From Anthoceros angustus (lineage: Eukaryota > Plantae > Anthocerotophyta), in assembly GCA_010909165.1 (NCBI GenBank), contig MU008180.1, forward strand, positions 557,884-621,883: a stretch of 64,000 nucleotides of DNA. Reading direction: 5' to 3'. Below the pieces are notes generated by a model that had not been told where the DNA came from, did not search any database, and saw nothing but the letters and a program-made list of their open reading frames with translations. Position numbers and translations under genes: made by a program. Shown in pieces: positions 47,101 through 59,315 of the stretch (position 1 is the first letter of the stretch; each line of letters opens with the position of its first letter).

Positions 47101-50100
47101 CGCCACATATTGCACCGGACCAAACCACGTTACGCAACATCCCTAATATAATGATGATAAAGCTCGATATGCTTTGTTCTCGCATGAAACCTAGGATTAG
47201 CAACAAGAGCGATAGCCGACATATTGTCACAAAACAAGGAAGTGGCATCCTCCTGTGTCAACTTGATAGAATCCAAAAATTGCCGTTCCCATTATTCCAC
47301 CTCTTTACAAGCATCAGTTAGTGCCTTATATTCGGCCTCCGTAGAAGAAAGTGCCAAGGACGCTTGTTTCTTGCATGACCGTCAAGCTAAAATGCACGCC
47401 GCCGACAAACTCCTTCTAGTGTCGACATCACCGCCATCCCGCGCAAAGGATGTAAGAGTAAACTCTTTGCTGCCACTTGATGTATAATGAAGACCATAAG
47501 CCAATGTACCCTTGAGGTAACGATATATCCTCTTCAGATTCCGGTGAGGTTTACCCGGGTTCTTAAGCGAGAAACAACGATAAAATATGGCCTAGTCAAT
47601 TAGTACGGAAAATCAAACACCCAATTGCTTGAGAAGGCAGTAGACATATCTTCCTTATCGCTTCATGCGGAGGCTGCTCTATCGTAAGCTTCTCCCCGAA
47701 TAAGGAGTTGTTGCGTCGAGCATCCTCCAAATGGAAGCGTGTTAATATTTCCTTAAAATATTTTGTTTGATGAAGAACAATAACCCTTGTGTCTCTAAGG
47801 ATTTGAACTCCTAAACAAAACTCCAGAGGACCACAGTCGGTCATCTCGAACTCCGACATAGCCTTGACTTCATCCATCTGCATACTATTACTAAGTAGGA
47901 TTGCATCATCCACATACAAAGCTAAGATTACAAACAAGGCGCTGCTAAAAGATAGAAAACATTTGTATGTCGCCAGATCGAATGAACCCTAGCGTTTCAA
48001 AAACTTCATAATCCGCTTAAACCGGGCTCTCGGACTCTTTAATCCATATAAAGTCTTGAGCAACTTACAAACCTTCTTTGGAAACTTCTTACTAACAAAC
48101 CCTTATGCGTCATATAGAGAACCTCCTCAAGTTCACCATGCAGACAAACATCCATTTGATGAAGTTCTAAATTAAACTCCACCATAGCTAAAAGTATGCG
48201 GATGATGGAGGCTTAACAACTGGACTAAAGGTGTCTCCATAATCAATTCTGGAATTTGACTAAAGCCCCTAGCAACCAATCTAGACTTATATCTAGCAAT
48301 GGTCCCATCACTTTAACTTAGTTTTGAAAACCCATTTACAAGTTATAGGCTTTCTCCCAGTGGCGATCCACAAGCTCCCAAGTGTTATTTTTAACAAGAG
48401 AGTTATACTCATACGCTATGGAGACCGCCAATGTTCCCCATCGGGCCATCTAAAGCTTCTCTATGTGAGGATCCGGTCTAACCTCGTATGGAAATAAATG
48501 CTACATTATTTGAAGACTTCCTAAAGTCTATAGAATCGATACATTCAATCCAGCGATCACGAGTACGACGCTCTCTCAATGAATATACCGGGCGGGATCT
48601 GCTGCGGGAGGGGAACAATTCATCAAGACCAGCAACCTCATCATCAAGGGAAGCATGAGAAGAAGTGGACTGCACATCATTAGAAACAGGTGAATCAACC
48701 ACACCAGGTATGGCAGCCGTATCATCTACCGCAACAGGTTCTGGAGCTAAAGGAAACTGTTCACCATCCAACGCTCCATCCGTCTGTGGAAACATAACCT
48801 GAACAGGGCCACTCATATCCTCCTGCACATCATCCATAGCGTCAGGAGCTAAAGCAGTAGAATCAGGCTGTGGAGAAGTGATCTCCTTAAAGGTAACACT
48901 CCCCGCGTCATCTTATAGGTCGTAGGATCAAACAACTTGTATGCTTTGGATTCTTCCGAGTAGCCAAGAAAAATAAGAGGCTTCGACCTTGCATCTAACT
49001 TCCCCCTCTTGGCCTCGGGAATGAATGCAAAAGCAGGAGATCCAAAAACACGTAAATGAAGAAGACTTGGCTTGCGCCCCCAAAAGGCTTCATAAGGCGT
49101 GCAACCAAGAAGTCACAACTCTATTCAAAATATAAGTAGCTGCAACTACGGCCTCAGCCCAAAAGGATTTAGGAAGACCTGCCCAAGCCAACATGCTCCG
49201 AGTCATTCCCATCAAGGTTTGATTCTTCCTTTCAGCAACTCCATTCTGTTGTTGTGTATAAGGAACAGAAAGTTGACGTATGATCCCATACTGCTGAAAA
49301 AGCTCATCAAACCTATGGCGATCTCTCCACCATTATCGTCAAAGCACTTGACCAAATGTCTGTTTGTCTTTGAACCATAGGAATCCATGAGGAGATATGC
49401 TCAAAGGCGTCACTCTTCAACGCAAGGAAAGGTCCATGTATAACGTGAAAATCATCTGTGAGAAAGATAATACTCGGACCCACCAAGTGATTTCACCGGA
49501 AGCTTTCCGCTAGATCTGCATGTATCAACTCCAAAGCTTTAGCTCGAGTAGTAGATTGATTCTTAAGGCTCCTTCGCTTGGACAAGATACACGCATCGCG
49601 ATCGCGATGCGAGGAAGGCCAGATCTTCACCGCCTCCCTTGCCATAAAGTCTCGAATTGAGCGCAATTGACAGCCCGGTAACCGCACATCGAGTAGATGA
49701 TTTCCGCCCCTTGACTCACCAAATCTCCAAGAAGCTGCAATTCTAACGGTAAAGCAATCGAGACGGGTCGCCGCCTAGCCTCGCCATCCAGATGCGCCTC
49801 GAAGCCGATCTTTGTCGGAAAGAAACGTGAATTGTGCTCTCCTCCTCCTCCGATCAAGTTAGGGAAATCACTTAGGGATTCTTCCCGAGACACGATCCCA
49901 TCATAGAACAAGTCGCGGTGACGGAGCATGTTGTGATCTCCTACCACGGCCCGATCTCACTGATTCTACAAGCTCGCCAAGAACCGAGAATGAATCCGTC
50001 AAAACACATCTTCCCCACGCGCCATCAGGAGAAATGAGGCATTTATCACGAGATAAATACACCAGCAAATCTCCACAACATTTTTCCATAGACAATGGCT

Positions 50101-52042
50101 AGCAAATCATCTACAAAATAATGGATTGTGGCAAAAAGAAATTCCATGGCTCATACCATGATAAAGACAACATATATTGAAAATAAGAGCAATAATACAA
50201 AAGTAAATCGTCCATGTTTAAATAGTATATTAAGGATAACCCTTAATCAAACTAATCTACCACTAACCGAGTTAGGGTAAACATAATTAACTCTAACAAC
50301 TCACGTGTTTCTCCGAGTCACCGTCCTTCATCCTTAGGTTCTGAAAATTCCTTAGATTGCATTGCGCTTACCATGTTCGCTCAGAGAGTTCCTTTAGACG
50401 ATTCATGATTTCTCAAGTATTCACCTCATGCCTCAACATCTCGGTTGTCGCCACCTGCGTATGAGGTATTTGGCTCCGCAGCTAACCATTCTTCCTCTCC
50501 AAGATCCTCGTCTGGTTTCACTACTTTTCCAAGAGCATGTTTGAGGAGGCCTCTCATTTCGAGAACGCCCTCCATTCTTATAAGCGATGTCAAAGTCATT
50601 TCCGTTGAACCTCCTTCTCCTTGAAGGACTCACGCTTCCAAAATTATGTGTAGAGGATGTGTCACCCATTTTGGGTTCAACTCCTAAGAGTTTGTCCTCC
50701 TCTGTTGAAGAAGCTTTCTAATGTGTCTTCTTCACGGTCACTAGCATGAACACTATCATGCACTGCGGCCACTATTCTCACCATCCATACATTCTACTTA
50801 CAATGCGTGTTGGTTTTGTGGTTGCTCCCAGCTCTGCGTGCGCTATGGTTTGTTCCCAAGTGCGACTATCTTAGAGTTTCTCATCTCAAACTTATTGAAT
50901 GCGTAAGTGGAGCATGAAGGGCAAGAGTTAGGTGTATCAAACTTCCTTTCATGCTTAGTTTTACTTACGTGCTTGCATCATGCCTCGAATCGGGTTGGCC
51001 AACAACTCTGGTTTCAACATTACAAGCTTGTAATCTAAGTGTGTTAGCTCTTTCAAATCCTGCGGATCAATGCTAGCTAGCGACATGACCAATCGACGAC
51101 ATCCTGTATTCCTATTGTTAGCCTCAAGACGCTGAACAATTGTGTTTACACCTCATTGTACAACGCTTTGTGAGGAAGCGTTGGTGTATGTTCTCGTAGT
51201 GGGCGATGTTGCACCGTCTCAATTGTGAATGTCAAGTCAAGCTCTGGGACAATTCGAGAAGTGTGTTGAAGGCTCCCAATGTGTCTCCTTGTGCTTGATT
51301 TGGGCAAGTTGCTCCACGTAGGATGCGCCCATGTAATTGATGTGCCGGTTTGTCTCTCGGCATTTCGTCGATCCCGCTTGGATTTTGATTGTTCCTCCTA
51401 GGATTCACCGGGATTTTGGTAGATGTAATTTTCCATGGCTATGTGCCACGATTGTATATACAATGCGTAATTCCTGCATTTTTCTGTTTTCTTTATATGA
51501 TTTTACATACATTTTGCACTGCTCTAGTGTGCCTCCATTGAATTGCTCAAGTAGCAACTCAACTGAGTGCGACTATCCTCTCGATCTTGCGTAATCTATA
51601 TGAATTCATCAAAATAAAAATAGAAATAAAACAAGAATGCACCCATTCTTTTTCTATCTTATGTTTCTTGATTTTAACTTATTTATAAAACAAGAAAACA
51701 ATCAAAGAAAACATTGTGCATATTTTATGCACAATTTCAATGTGCATTCATTTGAATGCAACCTACACTAGGTAACGATACCATGAAGATTTTATGGACT
51801 AATGTAGATCAATTAAACATTATAGAATAATTACATTGTTGGATCAAGAAAGAAGTAAGTTGCTTATGCATGAAAAGACAACTAAACTAAATTTAATGAA
51901 AGCGTTGTATCTATTCACTTAGAGACGTAACCCTAATGAAACGACACCATATCTAGTAAACCCTAGCTTATCATATCTTGGTAATATATGGATAACTTAA
52001 ACCCCTAAACCCTAACTATGATATCAACATTGTATATCATTA
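41132..52042 (-). mobile_element. Ty1/Copia LTR retrotransposon with TA...CA termini, TSD TTGCC; gag-PR-INT and truncated RT
   Basis: LTRs 41132-41385 and 51784-52042; PBS tggtatc next to 51783; PPT caagtgggag; TTGCC on both flanks with empty site at ~55686. Gag begins MGDTSS...FNGNDF (50669); integrase LELVSDLCGP; RT stops after FLNGKLD (~43455). Confidence 0.9.
45969..50298 (-). mobile_element. Ty1/Copia element with ~140-bp LTRs, nested in the gag of the previous element; pol present, gag absent
   Basis: LTRs 45969-46110 and 50159-50298 (TG...CA); PBS tggtatgagc; PPT taagtgggg. LELIHADL, QQNGVAERKNQTL, ALYVDD, FEMTDCG, ALSSTEAEY. TSD ACTCA, one base missing on the left. Confidence 0.92.
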
Positions 52043-52980
52043 TTGCCAACAATTGTGTGACACTGCACCGAGCAGTTCTGACATCATCCATTGGACCAGC
52101 ATTGTTCCCCATTGGAACGACAAGGTCAGGTGTGTGTAAAACATATTTTTGCATTTCCATCCAGGGGCGTACGGGTGGTGTTCGGCTCAATGGAATAGGT
52201 AGTCGCTGAGCATGTGGTGGCGTTGCAGTGACATGGGTATCTTCATGAGACAGCCGAGAGGCGGCAAGCCAAGCACGCTATATGTGCCTACAATAACAGT
52301 GCAAGCAACACTCCTGAGAAAGATAAATAGACACAAAAAAAAAAGGGTCCAAGGTTCAATGCGTAGCTGACCTGGTGACTCTAGCATGTTCTTCCTGTTC
52401 ACAGGCAGGATCTCACTTTGTCGTGGCAATGGAGTGTTTCCCAACCCTCTGGCAAAACGTGCATCCATGCTTTCGTAGTCCCTGAGAAGTTCAATGTATT
52501 CCGCTGTCCAGTCCTCTTCTTCATCTATATGCCATGAGTCATTGGGCATGGTACTTATAAAAGGCCACCCTCTTGATTTAATCCATATTGGGTGCACATC
52601 AAGGTTGCACAGCGAGGCGCACGCGCTCCCAATGCTGGCTCGAACGCGGCTACGATGGATCGAACTTATGAAGATAGCTTTACCAATGCGGAGGCTTAAT
52701 TATTCGTCTTAATTAATCGGTCTTAATTAATCAATCATGCTCAATGTTTGGAAAGGGCGTCGGCGTCCCGCTATGAGTGTTCGAGCTGTGCACGATCTCT
52801 CAACGGCGTTGTCCAAAAGCGGTATTCGCCGGGCGATCACACAATACGATGTACGCCCGCCTTGTGCCCTCAAAACTACCGGACGCATGCCCAACCTTTC
52901 CCCACCCTGCATCAAACCCACACGACACATCTACCTTCCGCCGAAAACATGGCAACCGAACCATGGCTTAAAGCACAGCG

Positions 52981-55900
52981 TCATGGACAAGATGATGACC
53001 TTTTGTTTGTGCTCACAAAGAGGCCTTACTGGTGAAAGGTGTTGTGCAAGAAAGTGTACAAGATGCTTCCGTCATGGGCCCTTGAATGTCACTTGCATAC
53101 TTGTCAATGAAAGACCCAAGGATGATATGATAAATCCAGCTTGAAATCCATTGTGGAGCACATGAGTGTCTTGTCTCCTGGAATCGCTCTCTATGTCTCG
53201 ATTGATATATGCATATGCTTGAAACCGGCTAGTGTGATGTGGAACATGACCAAACACGGCAGCCATGTCATCCGCGTGACCCATACATCGATACTTGCAC
53301 GCGTCCCCATGAGCTACCTACCGTGGCCATAATGTCCCAACATGTGGGTAGTGATTAATCATGGACCCACGCGTACAGTGTAAGTAAGCAAGTCTTCAAT
53401 GTGGCAACCTTCAGTGGCCTGATGCACACTCGTGTGCATCATGTCATTTGAACTCAATCTGACAGACTTGTCTTCCCCTTGAGCCACGCGGGCATTGTGC
53501 ACCAACTTGTTCTTGTCCTTTGCGTGGCTCCGGGTTCTCCGCGCCATGGCATCCGTGGTTGAGGGGAGGGATGGTGGATGCCTTAGGCATCCGCCTCGGC
53601 CAAACTTGGTTGCGCTCTGCCTCGATGGTCGAGGCACTTGCTCCCCATTCCCGGTTATGCGGTGTGGCGGTGAACTATTTGCAGCGCCGGCGGTAAGCAC
53701 GCCGATACTCGGATGCAAGAGGAATTGTTGCTAGCGCCCTATGTGAGGAGGCGGGCGCCGCCCTCACCGTATGTGGGAGGGAGGCGTCTCCCTCCCACCT
53801 CCCGTGGATTCGCGATGCAAACATGGGTGGTGGATTGAGGAAGGCCAAGCGCCGTCAATCCTCTTGGCAGGCGACCAATGCCATTTGTGTATTTGCTTGC
53901 CATCCTCAGTCCACAGTGAGGGTCAGGACAAGCTTGGGTCTTGCTAGGCACTGTCGTGGTCTAGTAGTTCACGATTGTAAATGAATAGCTCTTGTGCTCC
54001 AAATCTAGAAGTTCATGTTTCGATCGATGGTCAGGAATGGTGTCCACTTTAGATTCCGAAGCTTCTTTGGATTCCATCCCTTGTGTGCAGGTTCAAAGCA
54101 TTGCGTATAATGCAACGCATTGCACATATTCGTAGTACCACGCAATGCCCGACAAGATCAACTGAGCTTTCATGTCACATCAATCTAAGCGGCTACGATG
54201 GATCGAACTTATGAAGATAGCTTTACCAATGCGGAGGCTTAATTATTCGTCTTAATTAATCTCTTAATTAATCAATCATGCTCAATGTTTGGAAGGGCTG
54301 TCGGCTCCTGAGTGTTGAGCTGCGCAGTGATCTCTCTCAGCATTGTCCAAAAGCGGTATTCAACTACATCGAGCGATCACACAATACGATGTCTGCCCGC
54401 CTTGTGCCCTCAAAACTACGCATATCTTTGAAACATTTGCCCTGTCGCCTCTTCATGTTGCTGCCCTGTTCTTCGTTAGATGCTCCAACCACTGTCTGTG
54501 TGTAGGACCAAGCCAATACAATTGCTTCTCTTTCTTATCATCTGGCTTGTCTTTCTGCACCTTCACCATTTCGAACTTGGTGGCAACTATCATGTCGAGC
54601 GATACCAGAGTTGGCACACCACGCTTCCCAGAATCCATCAGTTGATATAGACCAGGCGTTTTGGTTCTCGCTCATAATATAAAGCCCTTGCAAGATTCTC
54701 GCCACCTTCCCGAACCCCATACGATGTCGGTGTAGTCCTCTTGCAAGGGCTCCCATGTCGACACGCACTTGAGAACATAGAACAAAACTTTCTCCTTGTT
54801 ATTTGGAAGTGCAAGAACCATGAAGTTATCCCCACATCCGCCGATGTCGCATCATGTTCTACACGGAGGGCACGCAAATCCACGCCACGCCTTCTTTTTC
54901 CACGCCCTCCCTTAGCGGCTTTGAGAGTGGCTTCCGTTTCAATGGTCCAGCCTTCGCTCCGCACACCCATGGGATTATGCCTTGTCGACCGTCCACACCG
55001 TGGCATAACAGGGTCTCCTCCTCGAGCTTGGTGCACCGACCAACTTCTCCTTCTCAATGACCTTGGCATGAAGCACGGGGGTGACCACGTCGATCTTAGT
55101 GGCATCCCGGTCACGGCAAAGTGCCACGAGCACGAGCGACCACGTGTTCTCGTGGCATCGGTCATGGCAAAGTGCCATTAGTGCAGTGACCACTTCTTGT
55201 CGGTGTCCGCACACATATCCCCATGTCCACTGCACTCGCCGTCGATCAAAGGCTGCATCCACATGTGGCCTAGGGGCTGCAACATCTGCTTGAATAACTC
55301 CCATCTCATGGCAGAGTGCCATGGGTACTTCCTCGTGTTTTTTCTCCTTCACAACTACACAATGCGCACTTTCAGTAGGTGTCAAATTCCACATCTGTAG
55401 GGCTTCCCCTTCAAGCTCCACTCTTGCTGCACAATCAACAGTACCAAAACCCTCCGTTGGAGTGAAAGGCTTCGTTAACCAGTCTGGCAATGGCTCCTGT
55501 GCATGTTGATCTGCCAAAGCCATTGTGCACAAACCTGGTGGAAGAGCAGGTTCTTCAACCAGGTTGTTCTCACTTGTTGCTCCTAGAGTTGGGGCTGCCA
55601 CAACACATGTTGCCACATAAGGTGCATCATCTTCAACCATCGGTGGTGGCGGGATGCTCTGTCCACATAGTCACCGCCGAGGGTTTGCCAACAATTGTGT
55701 GACACCGCACCGTGAGTTCTCGATCATCATGGACCATTGTTCCCCATTGGAGCGACAAGGTCGGTGTAAAACATATTTTGCATTTCCATCCGGGGCGACG
55801 GTGGTGTTCGCTCATCGGAATAGGTAGTCGAGCATGTGGTGGCGTTGCGATGACATGGGTATCTTCAAGTGTAACAAGGAGAGCGGGCAAGCTCGCTATA

Positions 55901-56205
55901 TGTGCCTACAAAAAGGCAAGCAACACTCACGAGAAGGATAAGCAGACACAAAAAAAAGGGTCCAAGGTTCAATGCGTGATTGGTGACTCTAGCATGTTCT
56001 TCCTGCTCATGTGGTTCTCACTTTGTCGTGGCAATGGAGTGTTTCCCAACCCTCCGCAAACGTGCATCCATGCTTTCGTAGTCCCCAGAAGTTCAATGTA
56101 CCGCCCTCCTCTTCTTCATCTATATGCCATGAGTCATTGGGCATGGTACTTATAAAAGGCCACCCTCTTGATTTAATCCATCTTGGGTGCACATCAAGGT
56201 TGCAC
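52981..56205 (+). repeat. Direct duplicate of 23890-25837 + 40362-41131 + 52043-52610, without the two insertions
   Basis: Colinear near-identity throughout, reading straight across both insertion junctions. Confidence 0.92.
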
Positions 56206-58303
56206 CCCCTGTGAGGGCAGGACACGGAGGCCTGTAACGCTTGGAACAAACAAGCATCGTGGAAGCAATGCCCGCATGGCAAGAAGACCTGCTCATTACA
56301 TGAGAACCACCTGGTACAAACGCAACACCGTGTAACCTGCAGGGGCGCGGCAGCACTTGAGTGGCTAGGAGCTGGAATCCACTGTGGAATTGAGCCATCC
56401 ATCTTCCTCATTGCATGTATGCGTTTGAAAGCATCGGTCAGCTCCTTGGCCGATTGACATCGTTGTTCAAGCTCTTGGTTTTCTATTGGTGAGGAGGCCG
56501 CGCTTCCGTAATGTTAGCGGCTCGAACGTACACCGCAGCTGTGAACCGAAATTACCTTGTAGGTTAGACCTCGCGGAAGGCAACAAGGCGAGGCCGGAAA
56601 GTCAAGAGGTGAGCAAACTCGTCTTTGCTTGGTCGCCATCCCAGTGCACAAATAAGCTCACCACAAAGAAGCTTCGCGTTAGTCAACTTGGAATGCTCCT
56701 CCGTGCCTTTCTTTGTGAAACGGGCTTCTTCTGACAACCTTGCAAGCTCTAACATCGCTTGAGATTGGACCTTGGTCTCACACTCATCGTCTCCCAATTT
56801 GGCAAATCCAATGCTGGAAGCAAGGAGGGAAATTAAAACCGTGATGGCACATCGGGTGATCACGTGACCAAGAACTCATGGGAGGTGACCACCGGATAGC
56901 ACCACTGGTCACGGGCCATGAGTGGCCACGACCACCGGCTTTAATGCGGTGATCGTGGTATGAGTGGGCACCTCACCACTGACTTCACAGATGATGGTCA
57001 GGTGACCATATATGCCCAAGCACACACAAGCAAAATCAGAAAACGGTCAAGCATTGATGAATCCATATTGTGACCATGTGAATCTGTGGCTGTGTCAAGA
57101 CCACCACCACAGTGCCCATATGGGACAGAACCCACAGTGATACAACCAGCAGTTCAACGCTTAGCCTTGTCGTGACGCGTGGCACAGGATCCAAACATTC
57201 GGGCACACCATGTAAAGCGACACGCCGATGGAAAAACAAATGAAACTCATCTGCTCGCAGCTGAAGGGTCGAATTGGAAGCCTGCCTCAGGAATGTGCCC
57301 GCATCACCCACAACCCACAACACTCACAACCACCAAATTAGCATGGTCCCGCTGATTCCAATAAAACCCGAGTGAGAACTCTAAAATCGCAGGAGAACAA
57401 AACATCGCAAGTAAGTCACACCAAGCCGATGGAAGCATGAACAAAACTACCAGACGCAAAGATGCCCAACCTTTCCCCACCCGACCTGCATCAAACCCAC
57501 ACATGACACATCTACCTTCCGACGAAAACATGGCAACCAACCATGGCTTAAAGCTCATGGCCATGGACAAGATGATGACCTTTCTCCACGCTTGGCACCT
57601 CAAAGATCATCCACGGTGGCATCACTATACCCTCCGCCTCTCCCATCCCGCCTGGCCTCCTGAACATCCCTAGCAACCTCAGGCTTGGTGTGCTGGCTTC
57701 CTCGGCTTTGTGACCTAGTCACAGGGCCCTGGGAGCCACCATGTGGCTGCACGGGGTTAGCTGCCCCGTTCTCCCCCTTCTTCCCTACCTTCTCTTCCAC
57801 AAGTGCCACCTTTCCAGTTTTTGCTTCCTTGCTCGCTTGCTTGTTGGCCTTCCTTCCTAGAACCACCGTTTTATAGGCTTTCTTACGCCTTCCAGATCTT
57901 CCACAAGAAAACCCAAAGCCATACATCGGGGAATCTTTTGGCCCGTGTTCGTGCTGGCACGTTTCCCATATACGGCAAACACAAGGTCGTCCAAACTTTG
58001 CCAATCCTCCTTTGACACCAAGTCGGTGGCTTCAAAGCTGTAGCCCTCTTGCGGTTGCAGAGGCACGCCAAAGTGATTTGTCACAACGTCCTTCCCACCA
58101 ATGCGCTCCTTCAGGCCTTGGACCAACTTGTCATCCCTAACATTCAATCCAACCTTTCGAAGATGATTATCACCATCATGCCACCTCCAGGGTCCATCCA
58201 ACACCGGAGCTTCTTCCAAGGCTGCCGTCACACGGTCGAATCTCTTGGTTGCTGAGAGGTTAGCACGTTTCGAATTTCGTGCGACATTGTAAGCGGTTGC
58301 CAT
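54268..58303 (-). pseudogene. Second (accessory) gene of the Sola2-like element with a RING-H2 finger; multi-exon, frameshifted as assembled
   Basis: Starts MATAYNVARNSKR; contains CCVC-x12-CGHCFHDAC-x10-CPHRGC; later WKCKICF. The C-terminal domain is best read in the other copy (25373-25856): VGDNFMVLA...FYVLKC...LQGLYY...IVATKFEM. Confidence 0.6.
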
Positions 58304-59315
58304 AGGAAGACGTGAGACAAGCCTACATGGAAAGCTTGGGGCGTGAGATGGTGGGTGCAAACAGAGAGAGGAGAGCATAAATGGAACAAAGGAGATGGCC
58401 TACTGCGGTTGAGCGTAGCGATGAGAGGAAAAGGCATGAGAAAGTAGATGAGAGGAAAGATCGGCAGAAGTAGGGGAGATTCACGTTTCCCAAATGATGA
58501 ATTAATGAGGTGTACTAAGTCAACCATAATCTAATATAGATATATTTACCCTTTTAAACTACCTTTTAACTTCCATAGGTTAAACAATAATATAAATACA
58601 CAGGTAAATTATAGGACAAAAATATAATATTTAAAACTTCAGCACTGATCATTTTATTACTCTATCATAGTAACCAAGTGTTCATGACTCTTTGGTCCCA
58701 AAGTGTGGCACCAAACCATGCCTCTACCCGTATTGTGCTACGGCGTCTGGATGAGGATGCTCATGTCCCTGGCTTCTGCCTGCATGGTGAGCGGGTGCTC
58801 ACTCTAAACGTGTATGTGGTTGTTGGGACAGGAGGGGCGTAAACCACCGGTCAGACATCTTGACCGCCACAGGCGTTTACCAGTGGTTCCTTCGAATAGG
58901 AGCGGGCGCCTATCCTCCGCAAGTGGTGCTGGAGGAGATGAGCGAGGCGGAGGCCAGAGCATGGAGGGAGGAGCACACGGTATGGTTGTCCAGCGAGGAG
59001 GAGCGGGACAACGGACATAGAGGTCACAGGCGCGCAACGTCCGCGGGAAGGCGCGAGGGAAACTCAGGCAGTGAGAGTGAGGTGGAGGTTGTGGGGGAAA
59101 ATCGCTCGGATCAGAGGCGAGGCCGAAGAGCGAGAGGGGTCCCCATGGGCCGTAGGCGAGGCAATCAGCGGAGGCGGCGAGATTTTAGGGAGTCGCGATA
59201 GCCTAGGACCGGGGTTTTTCGGCGAGGGATAGGGAGTTCCATCACCGAGAGCTGTTGCTTAGATTGGTAAGGCGCTCGTGGTAGGAGCTACAATTTTAGA
59301 CCTAAAGAGAAGTGA

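Larger units (their letters stand above)
16728..58729 (+). mobile_element. Sola2-like DNA transposon (~10 kb native), expanded to 42 kb by nested insertions and an internal duplication
   Basis: Imperfect TIRs: GGGTGTTGCATGGTTTGGTGCTCACTTTGG (16728-16757) and CCAAAGTGTGGCACCAAACCATGCCTCTACCC (58698-58729). They enclose a DDD transposase and a convergent second gene. No TSD found. Confidence 0.65.
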
